This document shows, piece after piece, positions 55,366-64,000 of a DNA stretch of 64,000 nucleotides. Position 1 is the first letter of the stretch. Each line of letters begins with the position of its first letter. Under the pieces are notes generated by a model that worked only from the letters and a program-made list of their open reading frames with translations, was not told where the DNA came from and did no database searches. This DNA comes from Vicinamibacterales bacterium. Its GTDB lineage: Bacteria > Acidobacteriota > Vicinamibacteria > Vicinamibacterales > UBA8438. Made by a program: the position numbers and the translations under genes. The stretch covers positions 1,173,914 to 1,237,913 of the forward strand of contig OZ252219.1 in NCBI GenBank assembly GCA_965249105.1. The letters run 5' to 3'.

Positions 55366-55430
55366 GGTTTCGAAGCTCGTCACGGGAGTGACCGACATCG
55401 AGAACCCTAGAAACAGAAAGGGTAAGACCA

Positions 55431-55471
55431 CGGATTAAAACTTTTGATCGACCTCACTGTGCGCGCTCCAG
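55431..55471. repeat. Solo V-type end of the CCGGGAT-TIR family
   Basis: cggattaaaacttttgatcgacctcactgtgcgcgctccag. Its outer 31 bp (55441-55471) are the reverse complement of the V adaptor at 38600-38630. Confidence 0.7.
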
Positions 55472-56199
55472 GGGCCTTCTATTGGCTTCGCAACTGGCAA
55501 GAATACAAGGATCAGCAGTTGCGCTACTGCCATTTTCCTTGCGAACATGGCCCAGCGACTCAGAGCTTCGACTACGCGCTCGAGCGTGCTCCCTTGGACG
55601 CTGAAACCTCGCGAGAGATCCGTACGGCCGCCAGGGCGATGGGCGTCACAGTGTACGCGTTTATGTACGCGGCGTTTTGCGTCCTCCTGCACTCATACAC
55701 GGGACGTACACGTCTGACTGTGTGGACCAATTTGCACAACAGGTCGAGGACGCATGCAGCGGAGGTCGTTGGGTGGTTCGTTAGCTCACATATGCTGGGT
55801 GTCGATCTGCGGGACAATCCTTCCGGCGTGGAGCTTGTACAGAAACTTCAAAAGGACCTAACGATGGCGCACCGTTACATGCACGTGCCGCTCAGCCACT
55901 TGTGGCGTGTCATAGGAAGGTCTCTCGAGAAGAGTGACGTGAGGGTAATCTTCGAACAAGTGACGAAGAAGGAGTTGGATCTTGGGTCAGGGATCGCAGC
56001 CACTGAGGTCCTGCCTCACCGATGGAGTGGTCAAGGACACCTGACTGTATCCGTGAGCAAGGGAACGACGTTGGAGCTCACTGCGATGTACTCGACCGTT
56101 CGATTCAACAGCGCGTTTATGCGAGGCTTTTTGGAGCGCTTGTGTGCCTGTGCGCTGGGGTTGGTGTATGCGCCGACTTCGGCTGTCTCAACCTACTAG
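55472..56199 (+). pseudogene. NRPS-type condensation-domain protein, C-terminal subdomain only
   Basis: VTVYAFMYAAFCVLLHSYTGRTRLTVWTNLHNRSR..AEVVGWFVSSHMLGVDL...HRYMHVPLSHL. The HHxxxDG half is absent. Lower GC. Confidence 0.5.
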
Positions 56200-56471
56200 A
56201 GAGTTCATTGCCACTGGTCGTCGCGCCAGACGTGCCAAGCGGCCCGTAGATACTGAATAGTCGGCGGTGAGCCTCATTCAGGCTCTTCGTCTCTATTCGA
56301 ACGATTAGATTCGCCTCCGGGAAACTAGTTTCCCGGAGGCGCGGGTGTTATCGTTCGAAAAACACTTGATGTTGGCATCCACTATCGAGGATGTGACGCT
56401 GAACTGCTCTCGGGTGCCCGCGCTGAATCGACTACGCCCCGTCGGACATTGCTCTCTAGGAAACCATCACA

Positions 56472-58880
56472 GTGTACGGTGACCTCCGCTTCAGCGTTCG
56501 CTCCCTAGCGCGAACGCCGGGTTTTACCTCTGCGGTCGTTCTGACTCTCGCACTTGGCCTGGGTGGCAACGCGGCCGTATTTAGTGTGGTGGATGCCGTT
56601 CTCATTCGACCCCTACCTTATCCAGAACCACAGGATCTTGTCGCCATCGCCTACAGTGGGAAGGGGCCTGTGAGTTCGGGAAGTCAGATACCAAGTCCGC
56701 TGTTTTTGGCGCTTTCTGAAGAAAGTCGGACTCTGCAAGGGATCGCGGCGTACAATATCGGCTCAGTAACGTGGTTAACCAACAACCGCGAGCAGATACG
56801 TGTTTTGGGAGCCCGTCTCTCGCCCAACCTGTTCTTCCTCCTTGGAGCTGCGCGGCCTGCGTTCGGGCGCCAGTTGAATGCCCAGGACGGTGTGGTCGAG
56901 GCGCCGCGGGTTGCTCTATTGAGCCACTCGTTCTGGCGCGCTAGGTTTGGTGGTGACCGATCCATTCTGGAGCACAGCCTCACACTCGACGGTCGCTCCT
57001 ACCAAATTGTCGGCGTCGTGGCCGAAGGGTTCCGTTTCCCCGGTCGTGATACTCCGGACGTGTTCCTGCCTATTCAACTTCCGGTGAACGAGTCGTCCGT
57101 CCGATTCCTCAACGCGGTCGGTCGCGTAGTGGAAGGGGGAGACATTGATCAGGTGCAACAAGAGGCGACCCTCGTCGATCGACGGCTGTCCGTGAGTTAC
57201 CCGTCTTCCCTGCAGCCCCTCGTTGAGGATGGGGTAGCGCCTCGAGTTCTACCGCTACAAGAACACATAGCCGGCGATCTTCGAGACACCTTGTTGCTCA
57301 TCCTTGGTGTCGCCGCGTCTGTGCTGTTTTTGGCCTGCGTCAACGTGGCGAGTCTGTTACTCGCGCGGCTTAACGCTAGGGCCAATGACTTCACATCAAG
57401 GTTCGCAGTTGGTGCCACTCCTTTCCAGCTAGCTCGGCAGGCACTTGTTGAGGCAACAGTTCTGTCGACACTCGGTGCCATTGCAGCGCTAGCTACGGTC
57501 TGGGTGTCGATGGAAGGCATTCGTGAACTACTGACGGGTAACATCCCTCACTCGGACACCGTTTCCCTCGATTTGAGATCGCTCGTAGTCCTGGGCACCG
57601 CTTCTGCTGTGGCAGGTATGCTATGCGCGTCGTACCCACTTCTTGCCTTGTCTCGGTGGCACACTCGAGTTGCCGCCTGGTCTGGTCGAAGGTCAATGGG
57701 TAGTCGCTATCGTGATTTTCTGGTGGCTGCCCAGGTTGGGGTTTCGGTGACCCTTCTTGTGGGGAGTCTTCTGCTAACGAAGAGCCTTGCGAACTTGACT
57801 GGAGTCAATCTGGGCTTCGATCCTAACAGCGTCTTGAGTTTTCGGATGCCAGCGGCTAGAGGGACACAGGCCGAGCGCGGGGCTGGAGTCCGTGAGGTCC
57901 TCCGGCGGACTAGGGGACTGCCAGGTGTGCTGGCGGCTGGAGCCACGACGGCGCTTCCGCTCGAAGGCCGCAGTTTCGAATTCGCGATCAGCGTAAACGG
58001 AAACGCGAAGCCACCTCCTGGAGCGCCCCTGACCGCGGTCGATGTTGCATCTCCAGATTACTTTCGCGCGTTAGGTGCGACGCTTGAGACAGGGCGGGGA
58101 TTTGATCATTGGGACATCGATGGTGCTGCCCCCGTCGCGGTTGTCAACGAAGCATTCGCTGAGCTTCGGCTCGCTGGCAGGGATCCGCTTGGTAGTCGAC
58201 TTAGTTTGGGTGGAGACCCGGAAGACGCTGACATTCTGGTCGTAGGGGTGGTCCGTGACGTGCAGAACGAGGGTCCGCGAGACAACGTTCTGCCCCACGT
58301 ATACCGTCCGTTTTCCCAGGCTGCCCCACAATTGGGCTGGCACACTCTCGTTGCCATCGTTCGCACGAAGGCTGAACCACTTGCCATGGTTCGGTCAGTC
58401 CGATCAGAGATCGCTCAGATTGGTGGATGGGGAGTCATGTATGATGTTCGAACACTGGATCAGCGTTTGTCGTCGCTGGTCGCCCCAGACCGACTTCGAG
58501 CAAGCTTGACCAGTCTCTTTGCACTAGTCGCAGTAGTCTTGGCGGGTATCGGTGTGCTGAGCCTGGTTAGTTACACTGTTGCCAGGCAGCTGCGGGAATT
58601 TGGTGTCCGACGTGCGCTCGGCTGCCAACGCTTTCAGTTGCTGATATTGGCAATGGGAAGGGGGTTAGTGCCAGCCAGCGTTGGGATTGCCCTTGGCCTG
58701 GCCGGATCGGTGAGCCTGTCTGGCTTCCTTACCGGGTTTTTGTACGGTACTAGCTCAAGTGACGCAGCTACGCTGTCTTTGGCAGCTGTCATTGTGCTTA
58801 GTGTTGCAGCGGTTGCCAGCTACGGGCCTGCCCGCCGCGCCTCCGAAGTAGATCCGGTTCGGATTCTGAAAAACGAGTAG
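56472..58880 (+). CDS. ADOP-family duplicated FtsX/MacB-type permease (802 aa)
   Basis: Two MacB-periplasmic-core plus FtsX modules. N-terminus is LRFSVRSLARTPGFTSAVVLTLALGLGGNAAVFSVVD. GTG start. Confidence 0.85.
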   Translation: MYGDLRFSVRSLARTPGFTSAVVLTLALGLGGNAAVFSVVDAVLIRPLPYPEPQDLVAIAYSGKGPVSSGSQIPSPLFLALSEESRTLQGIAAYNIGSVTWLTNNREQIRVLGARLSPNLFFLLGAARPAFGRQLNAQDGVVEAPRVALLSHSFWRARFGGDRSILEHSLTLDGRSYQIVGVVAEGFRFPGRDTPDVFLPIQLPVNESSVRFLNAVGRVVEGGDIDQVQQEATLVDRRLSVSYPSSLQPLVEDGVAPRVLPLQEHIAGDLRDTLLLILGVAASVLFLACVNVASLLLARLNARANDFTSRFAVGATPFQLARQALVEATVLSTLGAIAALATVWVSMEGIRELLTGNIPHSDTVSLDLRSLVVLGTASAVAGMLCASYPLLALSRWHTRVAAWSGRRSMGSRYRDFLVAAQVGVSVTLLVGSLLLTKSLANLTGVNLGFDPNSVLSFRMPAARGTQAERGAGVREVLRRTRGLPGVLAAGATTALPLEGRSFEFAISVNGNAKPPPGAPLTAVDVASPDYFRALGATLETGRGFDHWDIDGAAPVAVVNEAFAELRLAGRDPLGSRLSLGGDPEDADILVVGVVRDVQNEGPRDNVLPHVYRPFSQAAPQLGWHTLVAIVRTKAEPLAMVRSVRSEIAQIGGWGVMYDVRTLDQRLSSLVAPDRLRASLTSLFALVAVVLAGIGVLSLVSYTVARQLREFGVRRALGCQRFQLLILAMGRGLVPASVGIALGLAGSVSLSGFLTGFLYGTSSSDAATLSLAAVIVLSVAAVASYGPARRASEVDPVRILKNE

Positions 58881-58992
58881 CCGGAGAAGCTGTCGTGGTG
58901 TCTGGCAGGCGGAGAGAACCAGGACTGACCCGACCCCCTGAGACCGTTCCAGCCCGAGCGGTAGAATTCGGGCGCAACGACTGGGAGGCAGG

Positions 58993-59130
58993 ATGCCGAG
59001 AAAGCGCTACAGCACAGAACAGATTGTCACGAAGCTCCGGCAGGCTGAGGTGGAGTTGAGCCGAGGTCTCCGGACGCCACAGGTCTGCAAGAAGCTCGGC
59101 GTCAGCGAGCAGACGTACTACCGGTGGCGG
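58993..59130 (+). pseudogene. IS3-family OrfA, N-terminal HTH fragment
   Basis: MPRKRYSTEQIVTKLRQAEVELSRGLRTPQVCKKLGVSEQTYYRWR, then loss of similarity before repeat copy B. Confidence 0.7.
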
Positions 59131-59201
59131 ACTTGGCCTTGCCTCGCGGATCAGAAATGTATCCACATTCGTGCAGTCGAGTCCGTGTCCGGTGACGGCC
59201 G

Positions 59202-59821
59202 GCTAGGCATGACCCAAGTTTTAATCCGGGATATTCCGGGATCATCCGGGATGACCCCGGGATGCGACTCGCGCGAGGACAACAACTTATCCTCCGATGC
59301 GGAGGTACCGACGCGGCCCGCCAAGACACTCCCCCTGAGCCGGTCAAGGAGTGTGAAGCGGGACATAGTAGGGACCCATCAAACATTCGTCTTTTATTCG
59401 CTTGCAGACGTGCGAGACGGGTTCGCGCGAGACTGCCCCCACCGCCACCCAGTCTTGCCGATGCTCGCACTTCGGGATCGCTCGAGGGTTGCCCCCGATT
59501 TCCTCGTTGGATTCAGGCGATTTCAGCGGTCGCGGGCGCGGCGCCGAGAAGACGAGACACGTCTGGAGCGAGGTGGCGCCGGTATGCGGGCGATCGTCTC
59601 GCGGGCCGGTTTCCGTGGTCCGGGTGGGGCGCACGTGAGAGCCTCCCGGGACACCCCTCACACGGACGGCGGATCGGGCCTCGGCACGGCCCAATTCTGT
59701 CGCCCTCCCCGTCAATCGTTGCGCCCGCGCGAGTCGCATCCCGGGGTCATCCCGGGTTATCCCGGGTTATCCCGGATTATCCCGGGTTAAAACTTTTGTG
59801 ACGATACGTGTGCCACCTCTG
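59202..59821 (+). repeat. CCGGGAT-TIR element, copy B (620 bp, uninterrupted; best reference copy)
   Basis: The left TIR has 4 CCGGGAT units and the right TIR has 5 ATCCCGG units at 10-bp spacing. Y-type left end and Z-type right end. No credible ORF. Confidence 0.9.
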
Positions 59822-60089
59822 AGTTCCTTCCTCCAGTGGAGAAGTCCGGAACAGTGAGGTCATGGTGAACGCTTCCGCGACTACGCGTGTCACTGTCGCT
59901 GGCGCCCACCCGCAATTGAAAGTCTCCACTGGGCAGCTGAAGCTGAGTCACTACTCGCAGGCCGTCCCGACGGACTGAGGAAGGAAGTAGGATGCGCCGC
60001 CCCTCTCGAACCTGACCGTTCCTGTCGGCGCTGATTGACAAACGGCCGTCGATTGTCCAGGAAGAGCTGGGTCCCTGACTCGGAAACAT
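59822..60089 (-). pseudogene. hypothetical protein fragment, 3'-truncated at the repeat end (possibly the C-terminal region of an acidobacterial VWA-type protein)
   Basis: LQLPSGDFQLRVGASDSDTRSRGSVHHDLTVPDF. Weak resemblance only. Confidence 0.25.
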
Positions 60090-60320
60090 CAGGCCGGTCG
60101 TCCGCGATTCATGTGCGATCGTTGACGTGCGCGGGGCTCTCTGTCGGGCACCGCGACCGGTCTATGCCCGCATTCGTCGCCAGAATCTGCTGCGGGGTAG
60201 CCGACCACCAAACGAACGCCGGTCGTGTTGACGCCCGAGAACGCCACCACAACAGTGCCGGCGCTATGCACGCGTACAGGGTTCAGGTCCGGAATCCGTA
60301 CCAGAGCGCCGTCCGGATCG

Positions 60321-60527
60321 TCAGCTTCCCTCGGCCCGCACCGTTCTTCGGAGGAATCGGTAGAGGACCATGTACCCTGCACCCTGGAATCCCGCCTGCG
60401 TGCCGATCCACAGGCCAAAGCTACGGTCGTAGAGCAGCACCGTGAGCAGGATCACGCCCAGGGCGATGATGGCGACGCCAAAGAGGAATCGGACGGGCGC
60501 CCTTCGAATCGTGCTGAACGGTTCCAT
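60321..60527 (-). CDS. small hypothetical membrane protein (68 aa)
   Basis: AAGGAG lies 9 nt upstream of the ATG. TM segment FLFGVAIIALGVILLTVLLY. GC3 is elevated. Confidence 0.35.
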   Translation of the reverse strand: MEPFSTIRRAPVRFLFGVAIIALGVILLTVLLYDRSFGLWIGTQAGFQGAGYMVLYRFLRRTVRAEGS

Positions 60528-60704
60528 TTGTCCAGGCTCCTTCCGCGATGCCGGCAATCATTCGTAGTCCGCGGCCGCCAGCGACGCGCGGATAATCTCT
60601 TGATCGTTGCGGTGGACGATGTGCCGGTTGGCGTAGGCAGGATGTGACCAGTTCACGATGCGGTCATAGTGTACCGCACCCGGTTCCTTGGACACACATT
60701 TGAG

Positions 60705-61255
60705 TTATGCGGCCGGGCGTAGCTCGTACGCCTCGCGCGCCTCGATCGGCGTCTGATAGCCTAGCTTCTCGAGACGCCAGCTCTCGTTGTACCGTGCGAC
60801 GAAGTCGGCGACCGCCGCCCGCACCTCCTCGAGGTTCTGAAAGACGCGACCGTAGATCGCCTGCTCCTTGAGCGTGCGGTTCCATCGTTCCGCGACGCCG
60901 TTGGTCTCGGGCTCCTCGATGAAGGTGAAGCTGGGGTGGATGCCCAGGTACCGGATCTGCTTCAGGAAGTGGTCCGAGAGGTACTGGCTGCCGTGGTCGA
61001 GCCGCAGTGCCAGCCCGCGAGCGACGTCAGCCTCCACCGAGCCGTACATCTGGCAAAGGCCTTGCGCAATGGGTTCCAAGGCCGCGAAGCGGCTCCCGAC
61101 TTTACACACGTGCCACCCCACGCACTCGGCGTTCCAGTGGTCAACCGCCGCGAAGGTCCAGACCCAGCCGTCGTCCACGGTGAACACCCGCACGCCGTCG
61201 GTGCCGACCTCGACATCGACGAGAGCACTCTCTCTAAGCAGGCGAGCAACACCTA
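60705..61255 (-). pseudogene. rve-domain DDE transposase (IS3-like OrfB), 5'-truncated
   Basis: DGWVWTFAAVDHWNAECVGWHV...LRLDHGSQYLSDHF...PETNGVAERWNRTLKEQ...YNESWRLEKLGYQTPIEAR. Confidence 0.75.
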
Positions 61256-61313
61256 CTACCGCCTAGGCATCGCTGGTTCTCGGCCGTCGAGCGTAGATCG
61301 CTCTTCCGGTCAC

Positions 61314-62051
61314 GCTCAGCTAGGCATGACCCAAGTTTTAATCCGGGATAAGCCGGGATCATCCGGGATGACCCTGGGATGCGACTCGCGCGGTCGCAAC
61401 GACGTACGGGGACGCGGCGGCCCCAGCGGGGCGCGTGGCGCTCGACGACGAGGCGTTCGTCGTCGATGCCCGGGTCGGTGTACGGTCGGTCGTGCAGCCC
61501 GGCGTGGATCACGCGCACCAGCTTGTGGGCGGTGGCAAGGATCCATCCCGGAATCCGACGCGCCGTGGACCCGACGACTGACAGGGGTCAGTCGTACATG
61601 GTTCTCTCAAAACCCCGGACCACCGAACCTGGCTCGCGAGACGATCACGCGGCCACCGGCCGCCACCTTGCCCCAGGCGCGACTCAGCTCCCCGGCACCG
61701 CGCCCGTAACCGCTGAAATCGCCTGAATCCAACGAGGAAATCGAGGGCAAGCCTCGAGCGATCCCGAAGTGCGAGCATCGGCAGGACTGGGTGGCGGTGG
61801 GGGCAGTCTCGCGCGAACCCGTCTCGCACGTCGACAAGCGAATAAAAGACGAATATTGGATGGGTCCCTACTATGTCCCGCTTCACACTCCTTGACCGGC
61901 TCAGGGGGAGTGTCTTGGCGGGCAACGTCGGTACCTCCGCATCGGAGGAGAAGTTGTTGTCCTCGCGCGAGTCGCATCCCGGGGTCATCCCGGATGATCC
62001 CGGCTTATCCCGGATTAAAACTTTTGATCGAGCTCAGCGGATTATGTTCCG
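61314..62051 (-). repeat. CCGGGAT-TIR element, copy C (738 bp, with a short IS110-like remnant)
   Basis: Y-type end on the right-TIR side and X-type end on the left-TIR side. The core is colinear with D. It lacks about 150 bp present in D. Confidence 0.85.
61431..61543 (-). pseudogene. IS110-family transposase C-terminal remnant
   Basis: AHKLVRVIHAGLHDRPYTDPGIDDERLVVERHAPRW, the same remnant as in copy D. Confidence 0.5.
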
Positions 62052-64000
62052 CGGCGTCAGGGAACCGGTGATGGTCCACCCATTCAGCATGTGGCTAATG
62101 ATGCCGTCCCACCGCCCGGTCCGTCCTCCCAAACTGTACTGAAACTCCATCGTTACGAGGTGGCGCTGATCAAAACTTGACGGCCCATGTTCGGCGTCGA
62201 GATCCAACCAGTCTTGTGCCGTGGCCGCTCCGTCCAAGCGCGGACCAGTAAAGGTCACACCGTCGTCCACCGCCTTTGCGAAGGTATACTCGACGCTAGC
62301 GGCCAGCCCCTGGCGCAGTCTACGCCTGAGTGCAATCTGACCCGCGTGGCGCGAAGACCCGCCGTCGGACGTCACATAGAGGAAGCCTACGGGACAGCTC
62401 GGACACGCGTTCGTAGCGCCCGGCGGATGGGTGTTGGGCAGAAACTGGCGCATCAGCCGGCTACCGTTAGTACCCATATAGGAGGTAGTGAGCGTTAGCG
62501 CCCACGGGACATCGATCTGGACCGACGCCGTCCAGTTCTGCGCCCGCGCGACACGAAGGTCCGGATCGACCGCGAACGTTGGTGGGGCATCCTCTGATGC
62601 CAACGTGAACCCGGTAGCTAGCGTCAACGGAAACACCTCGTTCCGTTCGATGTTAAGGGTGGACGACAGCGGCGGCTGATAGGCTAGTAGCGTCGCCAGC
62701 GACTCGTAGATCGCCGCGCTCCGGTAGACGCCGTAGCTAGCACGAACGATGAGCGGCAATTTGGGGTTGGGCCGCCAAGCCAAGCCGACGCGAGGCTGAA
62801 ACCCGAGTCGATCAGGGCGAAGAAGCGACGACGGATATCGACGGCCGGTAACCAATCCGAGCGGGTTGTCCGCGACCACGGAATCCGCCGACGAGAAGCC
62901 CGAGGCGACATCCAAATTCGCAAGGCGATTGAACCGCTCTACCCATGGCACCTCATACTCCCACCGCACCCCGCCGGTCACCGTCAAACTGCGCGTGATT
63001 CTCCAATCGTCGCTAACGTACGCATGGTAAGAGGGCGCGCTGAAATACCGGTCGGCATTGCCCAACGAAAGCGAGGCCGCCTGCGGGATACCGAGCAGAA
63101 AATCTGCCAGGTCCGAACCAGTCGCGTCCCCGGTGAAGAGGAACTGTCCTCGGGCGTCCTGTTGCGAGAACCTATCGGCACGATACCGGCTGAACCCCGC
63201 TCCAAATGTAATCGTGTGACGTCTGCGGCTAAAGAGCCCCGCCTCGACGGACCAGAATTGCTCAAGATCCCTGGGCGACCTGTATTGGACGTCGGTAAGG
63301 GTGGCCACCCCGCTTGAGAACCTGAGCGTCGGTGGACCCCAGTTCGCCGGATCTTGACTAGTCCCGGCGATTCCGGCATCTGCGGACACGTTGGTGACAT
63401 TCGCAAAATGCGGGTTGACGCGGGTCGAACGACGGTTGACCCGGTAGAGGATTCGCAGCCACAGCTGACGCGGCGCTTGGAATGACCATCGAAAGCTCGC
63501 GTCGAGATCCGACCCCTGCGTCAGCGGCTCAAAGCCAAACAACGTCGTGTCAGCCGTCGTCGTCCGGCTGTAGGAAAACTCGCCGGCTATCGCGTTGCGA
63601 GAATCAAGCGCCTGCGATAGCCGCAATCGAACACCGCTCCGCCGCACGGTCGTAGTGACTGGAGCCTGGTAGTTGTATAGACCACCGCTATCGAGGTTGG
63701 GCGTGGGATAGTAGCTGAGTAAGGCCTGGGCTTGCGAACTGACTCGATCTTGCGGAATCGTCATTCCATCGAACGGTCGGCCGGTCGACGGGTCGGTGAT
63801 GTCGACGAGAGACGCCGACCCGTCAAAGTTGCGCGAAAAATTACCCTGGCGTTCCAGGAGGGTCGGAACCCGCGCAAGCCGAGTGCTAGCCCGGGTGGTG
63901 ACCGATTGCCAGCCGCGCGCGAAGAAGACGCCTCCCCCTAGGAACGGGCCGCCAAGGGTGGCCGTCAAGTCTCGGTCAGCGTACGTGGGTTGTTGAGTTG
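62052..64000 (-). pseudogene. TonB-dependent receptor beta-barrel (acidobacterial type); runs off the window at its 5' side and is cut at its 3' side by repeat copy C
   Basis: Beta-strand-rich sequence (YSRTTTADTTLFGFEP, SYGVYRSAAIYE, QIALRRRLRQGLAASVEYTFAKA). The frame is open to position 64000. The C-terminus ends at the X-type repeat end. Confidence 0.7.

Noticed and set aside
55364-55438. ATG at 55364 (MVSKLVTGVTDIE...) as the start of the SoxR-regulated gene
   Set aside because: The ATG overlaps the predicted -10 hexamer, so it cannot be translated from that promoter. The short frame ends in the repeat end.
59151-59366. Conserved small ORF MSRFTLLDRLRGSVLAG.VGTSASEDKLL.SRESHPG... in every copy of the repeat element
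   Set aside because: Differences between copies are mostly non-synonymous (T/K, S/N/R, D/E, F/S). The ORF reads outward through the TIR and ends in whatever flank follows. Conservation is better explained at the DNA or RNA level.
60558-60695. Small ORF upstream of the 68-aa membrane ORF (…IVNWSHPAYANRHIVHRNDQEIIRASLAAADYE)
   Set aside because: On careful re-reading, the apparent 45-aa frame needs a frameshift. Only about 36 codons are in frame. It may be the tail of a gene cut by the neighbouring transposase fragment, which is too weak to call.

Overview
High-GC (about 65-70%) bacterial DNA with lower-GC islands. The gene content suggests Acidobacteriota (ADOP-type duplicated permease, TIGR03436-like VWA protein, carboxypeptidase-regulatory-type TonB receptor, DUF1592/DUF1552 pair), but I could not run a taxonomic search. 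The window is a plasticity zone or IS graveyard. It holds four near-identical IS256-family copies, two IS30-family copies, an IS903-like IS5 element and an IS1182/IS5-like element. It also holds fragments of IS3, IS6, IS200 and IS110 elements and other rve-type transposases, a group II intron 3' remnant, and scattered pieces of one HK97-type prophage (terminase, portal, protease, capsid) with two hicAB pairs. Intact cargo includes two PQQ dehydrogenases (one fused to a cupredoxin, one to an N-terminal cytochrome c), DUF1592/DUF1552, an ankyrin protein, blaI-blaR1, soxR, an AraC/NmrA pair, apbC-DUF971 and a SagB-like tandem nitroreductase. The most unusual signal is a non-coding repeat family found at 11 or more loci (about 4 kb in total). 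Its terminal inverted repeats are about 68 bp and are built from a near-palindromic GATCAAAAGTTTTGATC-like terminus plus 3-5 CCGGGAT motifs spaced at one helical turn. The TIRs enclose a conserved core of about 400-450 bp that does not look protein-coding. Many gene fragments end exactly at these element ends, and two copies carry an IS110-like transposase tail. All calls come from reading the sequence and ORF translations by eye. No database search was run.
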